57,783 nt of DNA from Candidatus Micrarchaeota archaeon (GCA_026414185.1 JAOAJL010000004.1:15966-73748), one strand, 5' to 3'; positions 17,531 through 26,860 are shown, counted from the stretch's first letter. Program-made: numbers and translations. The notes: a model not told the origin generated them from the letters alone.

Positions 17531-20155
17531 ATGGGTGTAGGAAGAAGCGAGATAGTTCTGATGGCAGTGGCGGCGATTCTTCTGCTTTCTGCGTTTTCGT
17601 TTGCAGAGCAATCCCAGCCGCTTTCCACTGCGGCAATAACCTCAAAGCCGACCTCCGCTGTTTTTGTGCCAAAGGAAACTTCGGCAAAAATAAGGAAGGC
17701 GGATGTTGACTGGAAAGATGCGAGGATAGGCTACAACAATACCAGCCGCAATTTCACGGTGGTGATAAGCGCCTATGCTTTCAACAATTCAACAGGCAGG
17801 CTCTACAAGACAGGGACTGCAAACAACACAAGCGTCATTGTGGTTTACCAGGGAAGCGCGGCTGACAGATACAACCTTGTTGTGATAACTGGACCGCTGA
17901 AAACTGGCAAGACTTACGGCTCCTCAGCCACTCTCAGACGCGGGGAGGAGGCTCCGATTGCTGTGGAGCCTGACAAGAACTATGTGGTTAGAAAATGGGA
18001 AGTTTTGATGGGCGAATGCACGGTGAAGAACCCCTATGCGCCTTCTACGGAAGTGGCTATTTTTTCCTCTGACAAAAGAACATGCGTGGTTGAAGCACAG
18101 ATGGGCAGCCTTCTTGACAGATACACGGGGGTTGCGACCTCTGGCGCTGAAGGAAAAGCGGTTTCCACCGGCACTGCGGGCGGAAAAGCAAATGCAGTCT
18201 GCACCGCTGCAAAGCCGGTATGCCCTGAAGGCACGCTTCTTGAAATTTCATCAGACCAGTTTGGTTGCCCGATTTACAACTGCAAAAAAACAGGGGCGGG
18301 TTGTCCAGTAGTAAAGCCCGACTGCCCACCAGGGAGCGTCTTGACGGAAGCTTACTCCCCTGACAAAGCGTCTGGCTGCGCAGCTTACGAATGCAGGAAG
18401 CTTTCCTGCCCGATAGCTTCAAGCGCCGCCCCTGGAGGCGTCAATATCTGGGAGGACTGCTCACTTTACGGCGGTGTTAAGCCCCCGCAGTGGATTGACG
18501 AGCTTGGATGCGTGCATGCCTGCCTGGAAACGAAGAAAACCTGCCCGACAAGCCAGCCGATACTTGAAGATTGCTCGGTCTTCGCAGGCGCGGTGCCTGC
18601 TGAGCCGTGGCTTGATGAAAATGGCTGCCTTCACAAGTGCAAAGGCTCTCCGCTTTGCACAGCAAAAAGCCAGCCTGTTTTGGTAGACTGCGGCAAAATC
18701 ACAACGACGGTAAGCTGGCTCAACCAAAAGACCGGATGCTGGGAGGCATGCAAGCCCCCCGCTGTCTGCCCGATTGATGGTGTTATCGCGGATATTGATT
18801 GCGGAACTTCGCCGGGCATTGGAATTCAGACTAAGTATGTTGATGAGCAGGGATGCGTGCATGTGTGCAAGCCTGCCGCCGCAGTATGCCCTGTGAAGGG
18901 CGGGATAATTTATGACATTGACTGCTCTTCAACTGCGGCTGCTGCAGTGGTGCCTGAATACACTGACAAGGACGGCTGCATCCACAAGTGCAAAAAGCAG
19001 ACCGTATCTGGCTGCGATACCAAAACCATAATTGAAGTGGACTGCTCTATGATGGGCAGGGTGGCAGCCCAGCCTTGGAAAGGAGAGGATGGCTGCCTCT
19101 ACAAATGCTCTTCCTCAAAATCCTGCCCGACGAAGGCTGTGAAGTATGTGGATTGCGCGGCTTATGGAGCGGTTATGCCCGAAAAGTGGGTTGGAGAGGA
19201 TGGGTGCACATATGCCTGCCTGGCAAAAGAGAAGAAATGCCCAAATGCGCAAGACCCGACGTATGTGGATTGCGCGGCAAGCACAAACCTGCCTTCGTAT
19301 ATTGATGAGAACGGCTGCACCTACCTCTGCAAAAAGACGCCTGTGTGCTCCCAGAAGGGAGTTCGGCTTGTGGACTGCTCTGCTGGAATTTCAGGAAAGG
19401 AGGGTGTTTGGGTTGGAGAGGATGGGTGCGCTTACGCATGCAAGAAAGCGCTTGTCTGTCTCTCCAGGGGTCTAAATTATGTGGACTGCCCGGACATCTT
19501 GCCCGAAGGATTCAGCTGGACTGATGATTCCGGATGCAAGTTTGCCTGCAGGAAAAAGGCGCTGTGTGCATCAGCTATGCCGGTGGTAAAGACGGACTGC
19601 CCGCCGACATCGCCGGCAAGCTATGTTGATGCCCAGATTGGTTGCACGGTGATTTGCAGGAATGTGGCGGAAGCTTTTGTCCCAAAAAACCAGACCAATC
19701 AAAGCAAGCCCGACTTGGTGATAAGCCAGATTTCAATCCCAGCCACAGTGACTGTCAATGTCCGCGTTTATGGAAGCATAACGACTAAAAACGTCGGTCA
19801 AGGGCATGCCGGCAATTCCACGACCGCCTATTACATAAACGGCGCTTTCGTCAACAGCATTCCAGTTCCGCCTTTGCCGCCAGGGGCCTCAAGCACGGGC
19901 AACGCAAGCTTCGTGTGCCTGCGCGCAGGGACTTATGCATTTAGCGCCAAGGCTGACTATTTGGGGGCAATCTTAGAGGAGAACGAGACCAACAACGAAA
20001 AGAACGTGACTTTCAGCTGCGTTCTTTCAAGCGGACAGGTGCAGACATCGCCTGTCGGCTCGGAAAGCATAGTTGCCTCCATGGCGGACACCTCAGGCAA
20101 TCTTTATGCCAAGGTGATGGGCATTTTAGGAGTGCATCTGGAAAGCTACAGGTAG
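17531..20155 (+). CDS. Secreted Cys-rich repeat protein with C-terminal CARDB-like domain, 874 aa
   Basis: Signal peptide; 13 four-Cys repeats; PDLVISQI...NVGQGHAG...ADYLGAILEENETNN CARDB-like motifs. Confidence 0.85.
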   Translation: MGVGRSEIVLMAVAAILLLSAFSFAEQSQPLSTAAITSKPTSAVFVPKETSAKIRKADVDWKDARIGYNNTSRNFTVVISAYAFNNSTGRLYKTGTANNTSVIVVYQGSAADRYNLVVITGPLKTGKTYGSSATLRRGEEAPIAVEPDKNYVVRKWEVLMGECTVKNPYAPSTEVAIFSSDKRTCVVEAQMGSLLDRYTGVATSGAEGKAVSTGTAGGKANAVCTAAKPVCPEGTLLEISSDQFGCPIYNCKKTGAGCPVVKPDCPPGSVLTEAYSPDKASGCAAYECRKLSCPIASSAAPGGVNIWEDCSLYGGVKPPQWIDELGCVHACLETKKTCPTSQPILEDCSVFAGAVPAEPWLDENGCLHKCKGSPLCTAKSQPVLVDCGKITTTVSWLNQKTGCWEACKPPAVCPIDGVIADIDCGTSPGIGIQTKYVDEQGCVHVCKPAAAVCPVKGGIIYDIDCSSTAAAAVVPEYTDKDGCIHKCKKQTVSGCDTKTIIEVDCSMMGRVAAQPWKGEDGCLYKCSSSKSCPTKAVKYVDCAAYGAVMPEKWVGEDGCTYACLAKEKKCPNAQDPTYVDCAASTNLPSYIDENGCTYLCKKTPVCSQKGVRLVDCSAGISGKEGVWVGEDGCAYACKKALVCLSRGLNYVDCPDILPEGFSWTDDSGCKFACRKKALCASAMPVVKTDCPPTSPASYVDAQIGCTVICRNVAEAFVPKNQTNQSKPDLVISQISIPATVTVNVRVYGSITTKNVGQGHAGNSTTAYYINGAFVNSIPVPPLPPGASSTGNASFVCLRAGTYAFSAKADYLGAILEENETNNEKNVTFSCVLSSGQVQTSPVGSESIVASMADTSGNLYAKVMGILGVHLESYR
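18200..19657 (+). repeat. 13 tandem protein repeats, consensus C-x(5-16)-(D)C-x(10-17)-GC-x3/4-C
   Basis: Units such as CPTKAVKYVDCAAYGAVMPEKWVGEDGCTYAC; the nucleotide block TGGGTTGGAGAGGATGGGTGC recurs in two units. Confidence 0.9.
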
Positions 20156-20157
20156 GA

Positions 20158-20212
20158 TGGGCGCGCGGAGCAGTGCCCCGCCGCTGCCCGCTTTTCTTCT
20201 TTTCTTTCTTTC
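20158..20212 (+). terminator. GC-rich stem followed by pyrimidine tract after the Cys-rich gene
   Basis: GGGCGCGCGG...CCGCCGCTGCCC then CTTTTCTTCTTTTCTTTCTTT. Confidence 0.5.
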
Positions 20213-20280
20213 GCAGGCAGCACAAGCCTTAAAATGATGAAGGACAATATCCCAACCTCGTCGCTCAAAAGGTGGTTCTG

Positions 20281-20769
20281 ATGACGAAGATTACCATACC
20301 TGCAATCGTGGAAGGCGGAAAGGCAACAGCCGGGCCACCGCTTGGCCCAGCCCTCGGCCCGCTTGGAGTGAATATAGCGGGCATAATAGACGAGATAAAC
20401 CGCCAAACCCGCGATTTTGCCGGCTTAAAAGTCCCTGTGAAAGTGATTGTGGATAAAGCGACGAAAAAATTTGAGGTTGAGGTTGGAAGCCCCTCAACAG
20501 GCGAGCTTCTGAAAAAGGAGGCTGGGGCTGAAAAGGGAAGAAAGGGAGGTCCTGAGGACCCAAAGACAATCGGCAACCTAAAATTTGAGCAGGTTGTCAA
20601 GGTTGCGAAGATGAAAAGCGGCAGCTCGCTTGTGCGGAACTTGAAGCAGGGTGTAAAGGAGGTTCTTGGCACCTGCGTTTCGCTCGGGATAACGGTTGAA
20701 GGCAAGGATGCGCGGCAGATAAGAAAGGCGGTTGATGCCGGCGAGTACGACAGCCTGCTTTTGGGATGA
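20281..20769 (+). CDS. rpl11: 50S ribosomal protein L11 (uL11)
   Basis: GGKATAGPPLGPALGPLGVN, GLKVPVKV, KEVLGTCVSLG. Confidence 0.97.
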   Translation: MTKITIPAIVEGGKATAGPPLGPALGPLGVNIAGIIDEINRQTRDFAGLKVPVKVIVDKATKKFEVEVGSPSTGELLKKEAGAEKGRKGGPEDPKTIGNLKFEQVVKVAKMKSGSSLVRNLKQGVKEVLGTCVSLGITVEGKDARQIRKAVDAGEYDSLLLG

Positions 20770-20824
20770 GGGGGTTGGCTTTTCTTGGCTAAACCCTTTT
20801 ATATCCTATTTCTGTTCTTTTCCC

Positions 20825-22459
20825 ATGCGCCTGTCTTTTGCGGTTCTCTTGGTTTTCGCTTTTGCCTGCTGCCCAAGCTGGGGCAGGATTATCTGGAGTG
20901 CTTCTGCCACCGACGCTATTATAGGGGCGCCTGTTGTTTTTGGCTCGAAGGCGATTTATGCCTCCTATGATGGCTGGGTTTATGCTGTAAGTGCGGACAG
21001 CGGAACAGTCCTATGGACGTTTAACGCAAAGGAAAAGATAGAGATTGAGCCGCAGCCCATAGACTCTTCTGTCGTGGCTGTTGTGGCTGGAGACGAGCTT
21101 CTTTTCCTAAACAGCGCCTCTGGCTTGCTTTCCGGCAAGGCAAGCCTCAAATCCAAGCCGCTTTGGCTTGGAGGGGGCGAGGGCAGGGCTTTTGTCGCAT
21201 TCAACGGCACTGTTGAGGCTTACGACAAGGACGGCAGGCTTGCGTGGAGGGAGGAGGTTGGGGGGCTGCCTGGGGCGATAGGGTATGGCAGGGGATTTGT
21301 GAGCCTCACCGCTGGGGGAAAACTCTATAGCCTTTCTGCGAAAAACGGCGCGAGGCGCTGGGAGCCTGTGGAGGCTGAAGACTCATTTACATCAAGGCCT
21401 GTGGAATACGACGGCAGCATATACTTCGGGGCAAGCGATGGCAAGGTTTATGCGGTTGATGCGGCAAGCGGAAGGATAAGATGGACGTATCAGACTGGCG
21501 GCTGGGCGGCTGGCAGCCCAGCCATTTCCTCATCCTCAATCTACATAGGCTCTTTGGACGGCACCCTCTATGCGCTTTCCACCAGCGGAAGCCTCCGCTG
21601 GAAATTTCCTACAGGTGGGGCAATCCATACCAAGCCAGAGCTTTATTCATCAGCAGGAAGCCTGGTTGCCGTCTTTGGAAGCGAGGATGGCAAGGTTTAC
21701 GGAGTGGAAACTGCCAGTGGTTCTGAGAAGTGGTCCTATTCTGCCAACGGCAAACCCTCCTCGGCTGTTTATTACAAAGACTACTTCATCTTTTCCACAA
21801 GCAGAGGCAGGATTTATGCGCTTTCGCCCTCCCCGATTTGCAGCTTCAGTGTGCCCAAAAGCGGCGATGTTGTGGGAAATTGGCTTGTGGATTTTGAAGG
21901 CAGCGCAAGCTCGGAATACGCCATGCGCAGCGTGGAGGTGAGGCTTGAGGGGGCAGGATGGGTCAGAGCCAACGGAACTGAAAGATGGCACGCCGTGCTT
22001 GACATGCGCCAGGCGCAAGAAGGGGCGGTCAACATCCAGTGCCGCGCCAGCGATGAAAGCGGGAAGGCTGAAACTGACGATTATTCATTCATCACTCTTA
22101 TCAAATCCGAAAGCGCACCATTAAGAAAGATGTTCATTGTGGCGCCTCCCCAGGTAGGGCAGAATGAGAGCTTCATCCTCTCAGTTCAGGATGAGTATGG
22201 GCGACAGTTGCGCGGTGTGCTTTTGAAGCTTGACGCGGATGAAGTAAAGGGGGACAGCCCGTTTTCCGTTGTCCTCGGAAAAAGCGGGCTTGTCAAGATA
22301 GGGGCTGAAAAGGACGGCTTTGAAAGCTCCCCGATAACAGTACGTGCAACAGGGGGTTCTGAAATTGTCGTTGTGGCTGTCTTTTTGCTTTTGGTTCTTG
22401 CGGCTGCCTTTTACTTTTTCGGCTGGAAAAGGCTGAAGGGGCTCGTTGAAAAGAAATAA
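20825..22459 (+). CDS. Surface PQQ-like (BamB-type) beta-propeller protein with Ig-like domains and C-terminal TM anchor
   Basis: Signal peptide; repeated YxxxxDGxxYAxxxxxGxxxW blades; C-terminal hydrophobic helix plus basic tail KRLKGLVEKK. Confidence 0.82.
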   Translation: MRLSFAVLLVFAFACCPSWGRIIWSASATDAIIGAPVVFGSKAIYASYDGWVYAVSADSGTVLWTFNAKEKIEIEPQPIDSSVVAVVAGDELLFLNSASGLLSGKASLKSKPLWLGGGEGRAFVAFNGTVEAYDKDGRLAWREEVGGLPGAIGYGRGFVSLTAGGKLYSLSAKNGARRWEPVEAEDSFTSRPVEYDGSIYFGASDGKVYAVDAASGRIRWTYQTGGWAAGSPAISSSSIYIGSLDGTLYALSTSGSLRWKFPTGGAIHTKPELYSSAGSLVAVFGSEDGKVYGVETASGSEKWSYSANGKPSSAVYYKDYFIFSTSRGRIYALSPSPICSFSVPKSGDVVGNWLVDFEGSASSEYAMRSVEVRLEGAGWVRANGTERWHAVLDMRQAQEGAVNIQCRASDESGKAETDDYSFITLIKSESAPLRKMFIVAPPQVGQNESFILSVQDEYGRQLRGVLLKLDADEVKGDSPFSVVLGKSGLVKIGAEKDGFESSPITVRATGGSEIVVVAVFLLLVLAAAFYFFGWKRLKGLVEKK

Positions 22460-22485
22460 CACTTTTTACCACAAAGCTTAAATAG

Positions 22486-23175
22486 GTGAAGCACCAGGAA
22501 TATACCATGGCAAAGCGCTTTCTTAATCATCACCAGCTTTCCCTTTTTGGTCAGACGGGAAAGCAGCCTGAGCCTGCCGTATTTCCAAGTAAGGAAGTCC
22601 TGGCTGAGGGCACTGCAAAAGTGCTGACTTACAAGGCATGGTCCTGCAAATTCCGCAAGAGGCTGGAGGATGACGGCAGCTTGCCTGAAAAGATAAAAAA
22701 CAGCGCTCAGTACAGCGAGCTTGTCCGCCAGCTTGAAGAAACCGTGCAGTTCTACCGCAAGCGCGCCCTTGAGAATGTGTCCTACCTTCGCCATTATGGA
22801 GGGGCGGACAGGATCTACCGGACTCTGCTTTCCCTTGATGTCAGAAAGCGCGCCATCGGGGCTGCGGCGGAGGAGTTGGACAAGGCTTCAGGTAGCCTCA
22901 TGAAAAGCGTTTCTGTTGATGGAGGGGATGCAAGCGAGAAGCAGGCTGCAGGATATGTCAGGACTCAGTGCACAATCATCAACCATGCCTGCACGATGCT
23001 TGTCTTTCTTGAAGAAAGAAGGTTTCTTGAAGCCATGAAACTTTACAACGAAAAGATAACAAATGAGAAAGACAGGGCGCGCTCGGCAAGATTCATGAAA
23101 AATGATGTGAAGCTTGATTCGGCTGTGAGGTCTTTCATGGCGGCCTGCCTTGACGATAGGATGCTGGGCGGCTAG
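22486..23175 (+). CDS. Hypothetical protein (helical, 229 aa)
   Basis: Long ORF filling the gap; no recognisable motif; start 22486 GTG or 22507 ATG. Confidence 0.65.
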   Translation: MKHQEYTMAKRFLNHHQLSLFGQTGKQPEPAVFPSKEVLAEGTAKVLTYKAWSCKFRKRLEDDGSLPEKIKNSAQYSELVRQLEETVQFYRKRALENVSYLRHYGGADRIYRTLLSLDVRKRAIGAAAEELDKASGSLMKSVSVDGGDASEKQAAGYVRTQCTIINHACTMLVFLEERRFLEAMKLYNEKITNEKDRARSARFMKNDVKLDSAVRSFMAACLDDRMLGG

Positions 23176-23182
23176 GGCGGTC

Positions 23183-23641
23183 CTAGCCCTGCTTTGTTTC
23201 TTCCGCTTTTTGGAACACCTTTATCGTGTTTGCCTTTATGGTGACGGGTATTGGGACGGCAACTTCTGTCAGCTCAACTGTCACCTCGTCCTTGTTGGCG
23301 TCTATCTTTATTACGCGCGCCTTTTCGCCCTTGAAAGGACCGGACACAAGCTCCACTATGTCGCCTTTTGAGATGGAAAAGACGGCTGGCTTTGCAGCCT
23401 CAATCATGCCGTCTATCTCTTTTAGCTCCATCGGCTTTTTCAGCACGCCTTTTATGTGCGGGATGCGCAAGCCCGCCTGCCTGACTGAAACCTCGTCCTC
23501 GCCCTCAACAAGAAGATATCCCTTCAGGTCCTCAAAGTAGGCAATTGACCATATCTTCAAGCCCTCCTTCTTGACCTTCTTGGAGAGCATGTCAAGCACT
23601 ACCTTTTCCTGCCCAGCCGTCACGCGATAAACGTATATCAT
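23183..23641 (-). CDS. spt5: Transcription elongation factor Spt5 (NusG homologue)
   Basis: YRVTAGQEKVV NGN domain, LKGYLLVE, KOW motif GDIVELVSGPFKGEKARV. Confidence 0.95.
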   Translation of the reverse strand: MIYVYRVTAGQEKVVLDMLSKKVKKEGLKIWSIAYFEDLKGYLLVEGEDEVSVRQAGLRIPHIKGVLKKPMELKEIDGMIEAAKPAVFSISKGDIVELVSGPFKGEKARVIKIDANKDEVTVELTEVAVPIPVTIKANTIKVFQKAEETKQG

Positions 23642-23657
23642 ATGGCACACCGGTCCT

Positions 23658-23831
23658 TTAAGCCGCTTCAAGCAGGCTCATGATGAATGAAATAAGGGCG
23701 CCGACAAGCCCGATCAATATTATGCCCGCGCCGGTTATCTTGACTATCTTTTCGTATTCTTTCTGCCTTGGGCGCGAGGCGACATTAAGCACGCGAACAG
23801 ACTGTTTGATGAAGGCTCCGATGTCCGCCAT
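23658..23831 (-). CDS. secE: Protein translocase subunit SecE / Sec61-gamma
   Basis: RVLNVASRPRQKEYEKIVKITGAGIILIGLVG; canonical position between ftsZ and spt5. Confidence 0.9.
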   Translation of the reverse strand: MADIGAFIKQSVRVLNVASRPRQKEYEKIVKITGAGIILIGLVGALISFIMSLLEAA

Positions 23832-23841
23832 GAAATCAACC

Positions 23842-24951
23842 TCAGCCAAGAAGGTCCAAGTCAAGCTCCGCACCCACCTCGGATGGCGATGGCGCCTGCT
23901 GGAAGAAATTCCTCAGCTCATACTGGGGAAACTTGGCGCCTGCAAGCACGCAGAGCACCTTTATGGAAGATTTCTTTGCCGACTTCTCTATCCTTGCGCC
24001 CCATATTATGTGTGAGGCAGGGTCTATCCGCTTGCTCACCTCGCTTACTATAAGCTCCGCCTCTTTCAGCGTCATATCCTCTCCGCCTGTGACGTTGATG
24101 AGGGCGCGGTTTGCCGATGAAACATCCACGTCAAGCAGGGGCGAATTCATCGCGGTATCCACCGCTATCAGCGCCCTCTGGTCGGGCTTTGCCTCCACTG
24201 AGGCTTCGCCCAAGCCTACAACCGCGCACCCTGCGCCGGAGAGTATCGTGCGCAGGTCTGCGAAATCCAGATTGACAAGCCCTGCCTTCGTCACAAGCTC
24301 GGCAATTCCCTTGACCGCGCCCGCAAGAACCTCGTCAGAGACCTTGAATGCGGTGTTCAGCGGCAGGTCAGGGACGATGGAAAGCAGCTTGTCGTTTGGA
24401 ATGACTATCACCGTGTCGGCGTGCTTTTTGAGCTTGTCCAAGCCCTCAAGCGCATTTTGCATCCTGACTTTTCCTTCCGAGGCAAAGGGGAGCGTCACGA
24501 CTGCGATTGTTAGGGCGCCTGCGGATTTTGCCTGCTCGGCGATTATGTGGGCGGAGCCCGTGCCTGTCCCGCCACCAAGCCCGCAGGTTATGAAGACCAT
24601 CATTGCGTCGGCTATTGCGGATTTTATCTCCTCTGCGGATTCCTTTGCCGCCGCCTCGCCAAGCGAAGGGTTGCTTCCCGCCCCCATGCCGCGAGTGGTC
24701 TTTTTGCCAAGCAGAATCTTCCTGTCAGCGCGCATTTTCACAAGATGCTGCACGTCGGTATTCATTGCTATCAGCTTGACCCCCTCTATCTGCATTTCAT
24801 ACATCCTGGTCATGGTGTTGCATCCGCTTCCGCCGGCTCCGACAACGTATATCTTCGGCCTGCTCTGCTCTATGAATTTCAAAAGCTCGGCATCTTCGGG
24901 AGAGACTGCCACCCCTTCGGGCAGTTCGGAGTCAATGCTGTCAAGCCCCAT
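23842..24951 (-). CDS. ftsZ: Cell division protein FtsZ (FtsZ1-like)
   Basis: VGAGGSGCN, GAGSNP, GLGGGTGTG, NLDFAD T7 loop; next to secE-spt5. Confidence 0.97.
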   Translation of the reverse strand: MGLDSIDSELPEGVAVSPEDAELLKFIEQSRPKIYVVGAGGSGCNTMTRMYEMQIEGVKLIAMNTDVQHLVKMRADRKILLGKKTTRGMGAGSNPSLGEAAAKESAEEIKSAIADAMMVFITCGLGGGTGTGSAHIIAEQAKSAGALTIAVVTLPFASEGKVRMQNALEGLDKLKKHADTVIVIPNDKLLSIVPDLPLNTAFKVSDEVLAGAVKGIAELVTKAGLVNLDFADLRTILSGAGCAVVGLGEASVEAKPDQRALIAVDTAMNSPLLDVDVSSANRALINVTGGEDMTLKEAELIVSEVSKRIDPASHIIWGARIEKSAKKSSIKVLCVLAGAKFPQYELRNFFQQAPSPSEVGAELDLDLLG

Positions 24952-25068
24952 AACCACACATCTTCGCTTTCCTTGCACATGCTAAGGGTTTTTTTATTTC
25001 ACGTCGGATATGCGTGGGAAAATTTATAATTGGCGTGGATTGCGGGCGGCTGCAGCCGCCTGCGCCTG

Positions 25069-26619
25069 CTACTGTATGCTGGAAAGCACCGTCTTTTCAA
25101 GGTCCACTGCCGCCCAGCCCTCAAGCGCCTTTATCGCAAAGGAAAGCTTGGCTTCTGAGTTTGAGCGTATTTCAAAAAGAACGTCGCCTTTTCTCACCTG
25201 GTCGCCGCGCTCGCAGAGCAAAAGAACCCCTGCTGCCTTGTCGTTCGGCGCGCCTGCCGCGCGCGCTATCTTTGAAATCATCTTGTTGTCTATGTGGAAA
25301 ATCCTGCCATCCTTTTCTGCCCTCACCTCGTATTTGTAGCTTGCCTGCGGTATGTCCGACAGCTTGATGTTTGGCTTGCCGCCCTGCAGCTCAACAATCT
25401 CCCTGAATTTCGCAAGCGCCTTGCCGGATTTGAGGATTTGCTCCGCCACCTGCGTCCCCCTGCCCTTTTTCACCTTTCCTGAGAGCTCCAAAAGCGCGCC
25501 TGCAAGCTGGCAGGATTTGTCCCGCAGGTCAGCAGGCCCTGCGTTGTTGAGCACGGAGAGAACGTCGTTGCATTCAAGGGCAGGACCGATGCCCTTGCCC
25601 ACCGGCTCGCTTCCGTCCGTCACCAAAACCTCTATCTTCATGCCAAGGCGCTTTCCTATGTTTATGAACTCCCTGCCCAAGTCAGCCGCATCCGCCTTGT
25701 CCGCTATCTTTGCCCCCCTGCCTATGGGGATGTCTATTATGACATACTGCGCACCCACGCTTTTCTTTTTCGCAAGTATAGAGGCGAGCAGGACGCCGCG
25801 CGGGTCAAGCGAAAGCGGATTTCTTATCTTGATGAGCTTGTCGTCTGCGGAGGCGAGGCGCAGCGAGCCGCCCCAGACAACGCAGCCTTTTGCTTTCAGC
25901 ACCACCTGGCGCATCTGCTCTATGTCAAGCGAAACGTCACAGAGAACCTCCATCGTGTCGGCGGTTCCGGCGGCAGAGGTGATTGAGCGGCTGGAGGTCT
26001 TGGGTATGTAAAGCCCGGCTGCCGCAACTATTGGCACTATAAGCATGGTTGTCCGGTTGCCTGCCACCCCACCTATGCAGTGCTTGTCGCAAATCGGGCT
26101 TTTGCCCAGGTTGAGGGTTTCGCCTGTTGAAACAAGGGCGGATGTCAGGGCGGCAACCTCATCCTCGTTCATGCCCCTGATGTAGACGGATGTTATGAAG
26201 GAGGCAAGCTCGGCTTCGGAAAGCCTATTTTCCATCAGCTCGCGCATTATTGTTTCTATCTCCGAGGCGGAAAGCGTGTGCCCATCCATCTTTTTCTTTA
26301 TGAATTCTATTGAAGCAGGCCTCTGCATGTGAATTATCTCAATCTGGTCGCCATCCTCTGCTGAAAGCTCGGCTGAGACTTCTGCGAAAAGCCCCACCTC
26401 TCCCCTGCTGACAAGGTCGCCTGACAGGTCTATTATAGCGATTGTTTCTTTCTGCCCGCGCCGCAGGATAACCCTGTGGGAGGCATAAAGGTCGTTTTCG
26501 TGCGCCTCGGCTTCATTTAGGACTACTATTTTGCCGCCTGCCACCAGGTCAAAGAGCTTGGCGCGGCAGAGGTATTTTTTGTATTTCCACACCTCGTCTT
26601 TTTTCTGAAGCGCGCCCAT
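25069..26619 (-). CDS. AMP phosphorylase (archaeal thymidine-phosphorylase family)
   Basis: N-terminal extra barrel-like domain; DKHCIGGVAGNRTT, KTSSRSITSAAGTADTMEVL, SILAKKKSVG, GIGPALE. Confidence 0.92.
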   Translation of the reverse strand: MGALQKKDEVWKYKKYLCRAKLFDLVAGGKIVVLNEAEAHENDLYASHRVILRRGQKETIAIIDLSGDLVSRGEVGLFAEVSAELSAEDGDQIEIIHMQRPASIEFIKKKMDGHTLSASEIETIMRELMENRLSEAELASFITSVYIRGMNEDEVAALTSALVSTGETLNLGKSPICDKHCIGGVAGNRTTMLIVPIVAAAGLYIPKTSSRSITSAAGTADTMEVLCDVSLDIEQMRQVVLKAKGCVVWGGSLRLASADDKLIKIRNPLSLDPRGVLLASILAKKKSVGAQYVIIDIPIGRGAKIADKADAADLGREFINIGKRLGMKIEVLVTDGSEPVGKGIGPALECNDVLSVLNNAGPADLRDKSCQLAGALLELSGKVKKGRGTQVAEQILKSGKALAKFREIVELQGGKPNIKLSDIPQASYKYEVRAEKDGRIFHIDNKMISKIARAAGAPNDKAAGVLLLCERGDQVRKGDVLFEIRSNSEAKLSFAIKALEGWAAVDLEKTVLSSIQ

Positions 26620-26744
26620 AACAAAAGCTAGCCCTTGTGAAGTTTAAAAAGCAGATTGGCGCACGCTGAAAGGCAGGTGGTTGTGGGTTGGCAGGAGGAA
26701 GGAGATGATAAGAGCCCGCTTTCAGAATGTCGTGTTGGTTCTTA

Positions 26745-26860
26745 TGTCAGCAGCAATGCGCCTTCCCGCGCGAAGCGCAGTAGAAGCAGCATCGTGGGAG
26801 GGCTTAACTTCCGAGTTCGGAATGGGTTCGGGTGTTTCCCCTCCCCTATGGCCGCTGACA
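26745..26860 (-). rRNA. rrf: 5S rRNA, stand-alone
   Basis: Minus strand TGTCAGCGGCCATAGGGGAGGGGAAACACCCGAACCCATTCCGAACTCGGAAGTTAAGCCC...GCTGCTGACA; ends pair to form helix I; conserved CCGAAC. Confidence 0.96.

Noticed and set aside
23933-24985. 350-aa plus-strand ORF
   Set aside because: Antisense shadow of ftsZ; Ser/Ala/Pro-rich with no motifs
25352-26011. 219-aa plus-strand ORF
   Set aside because: Antisense shadow of AMP phosphorylase
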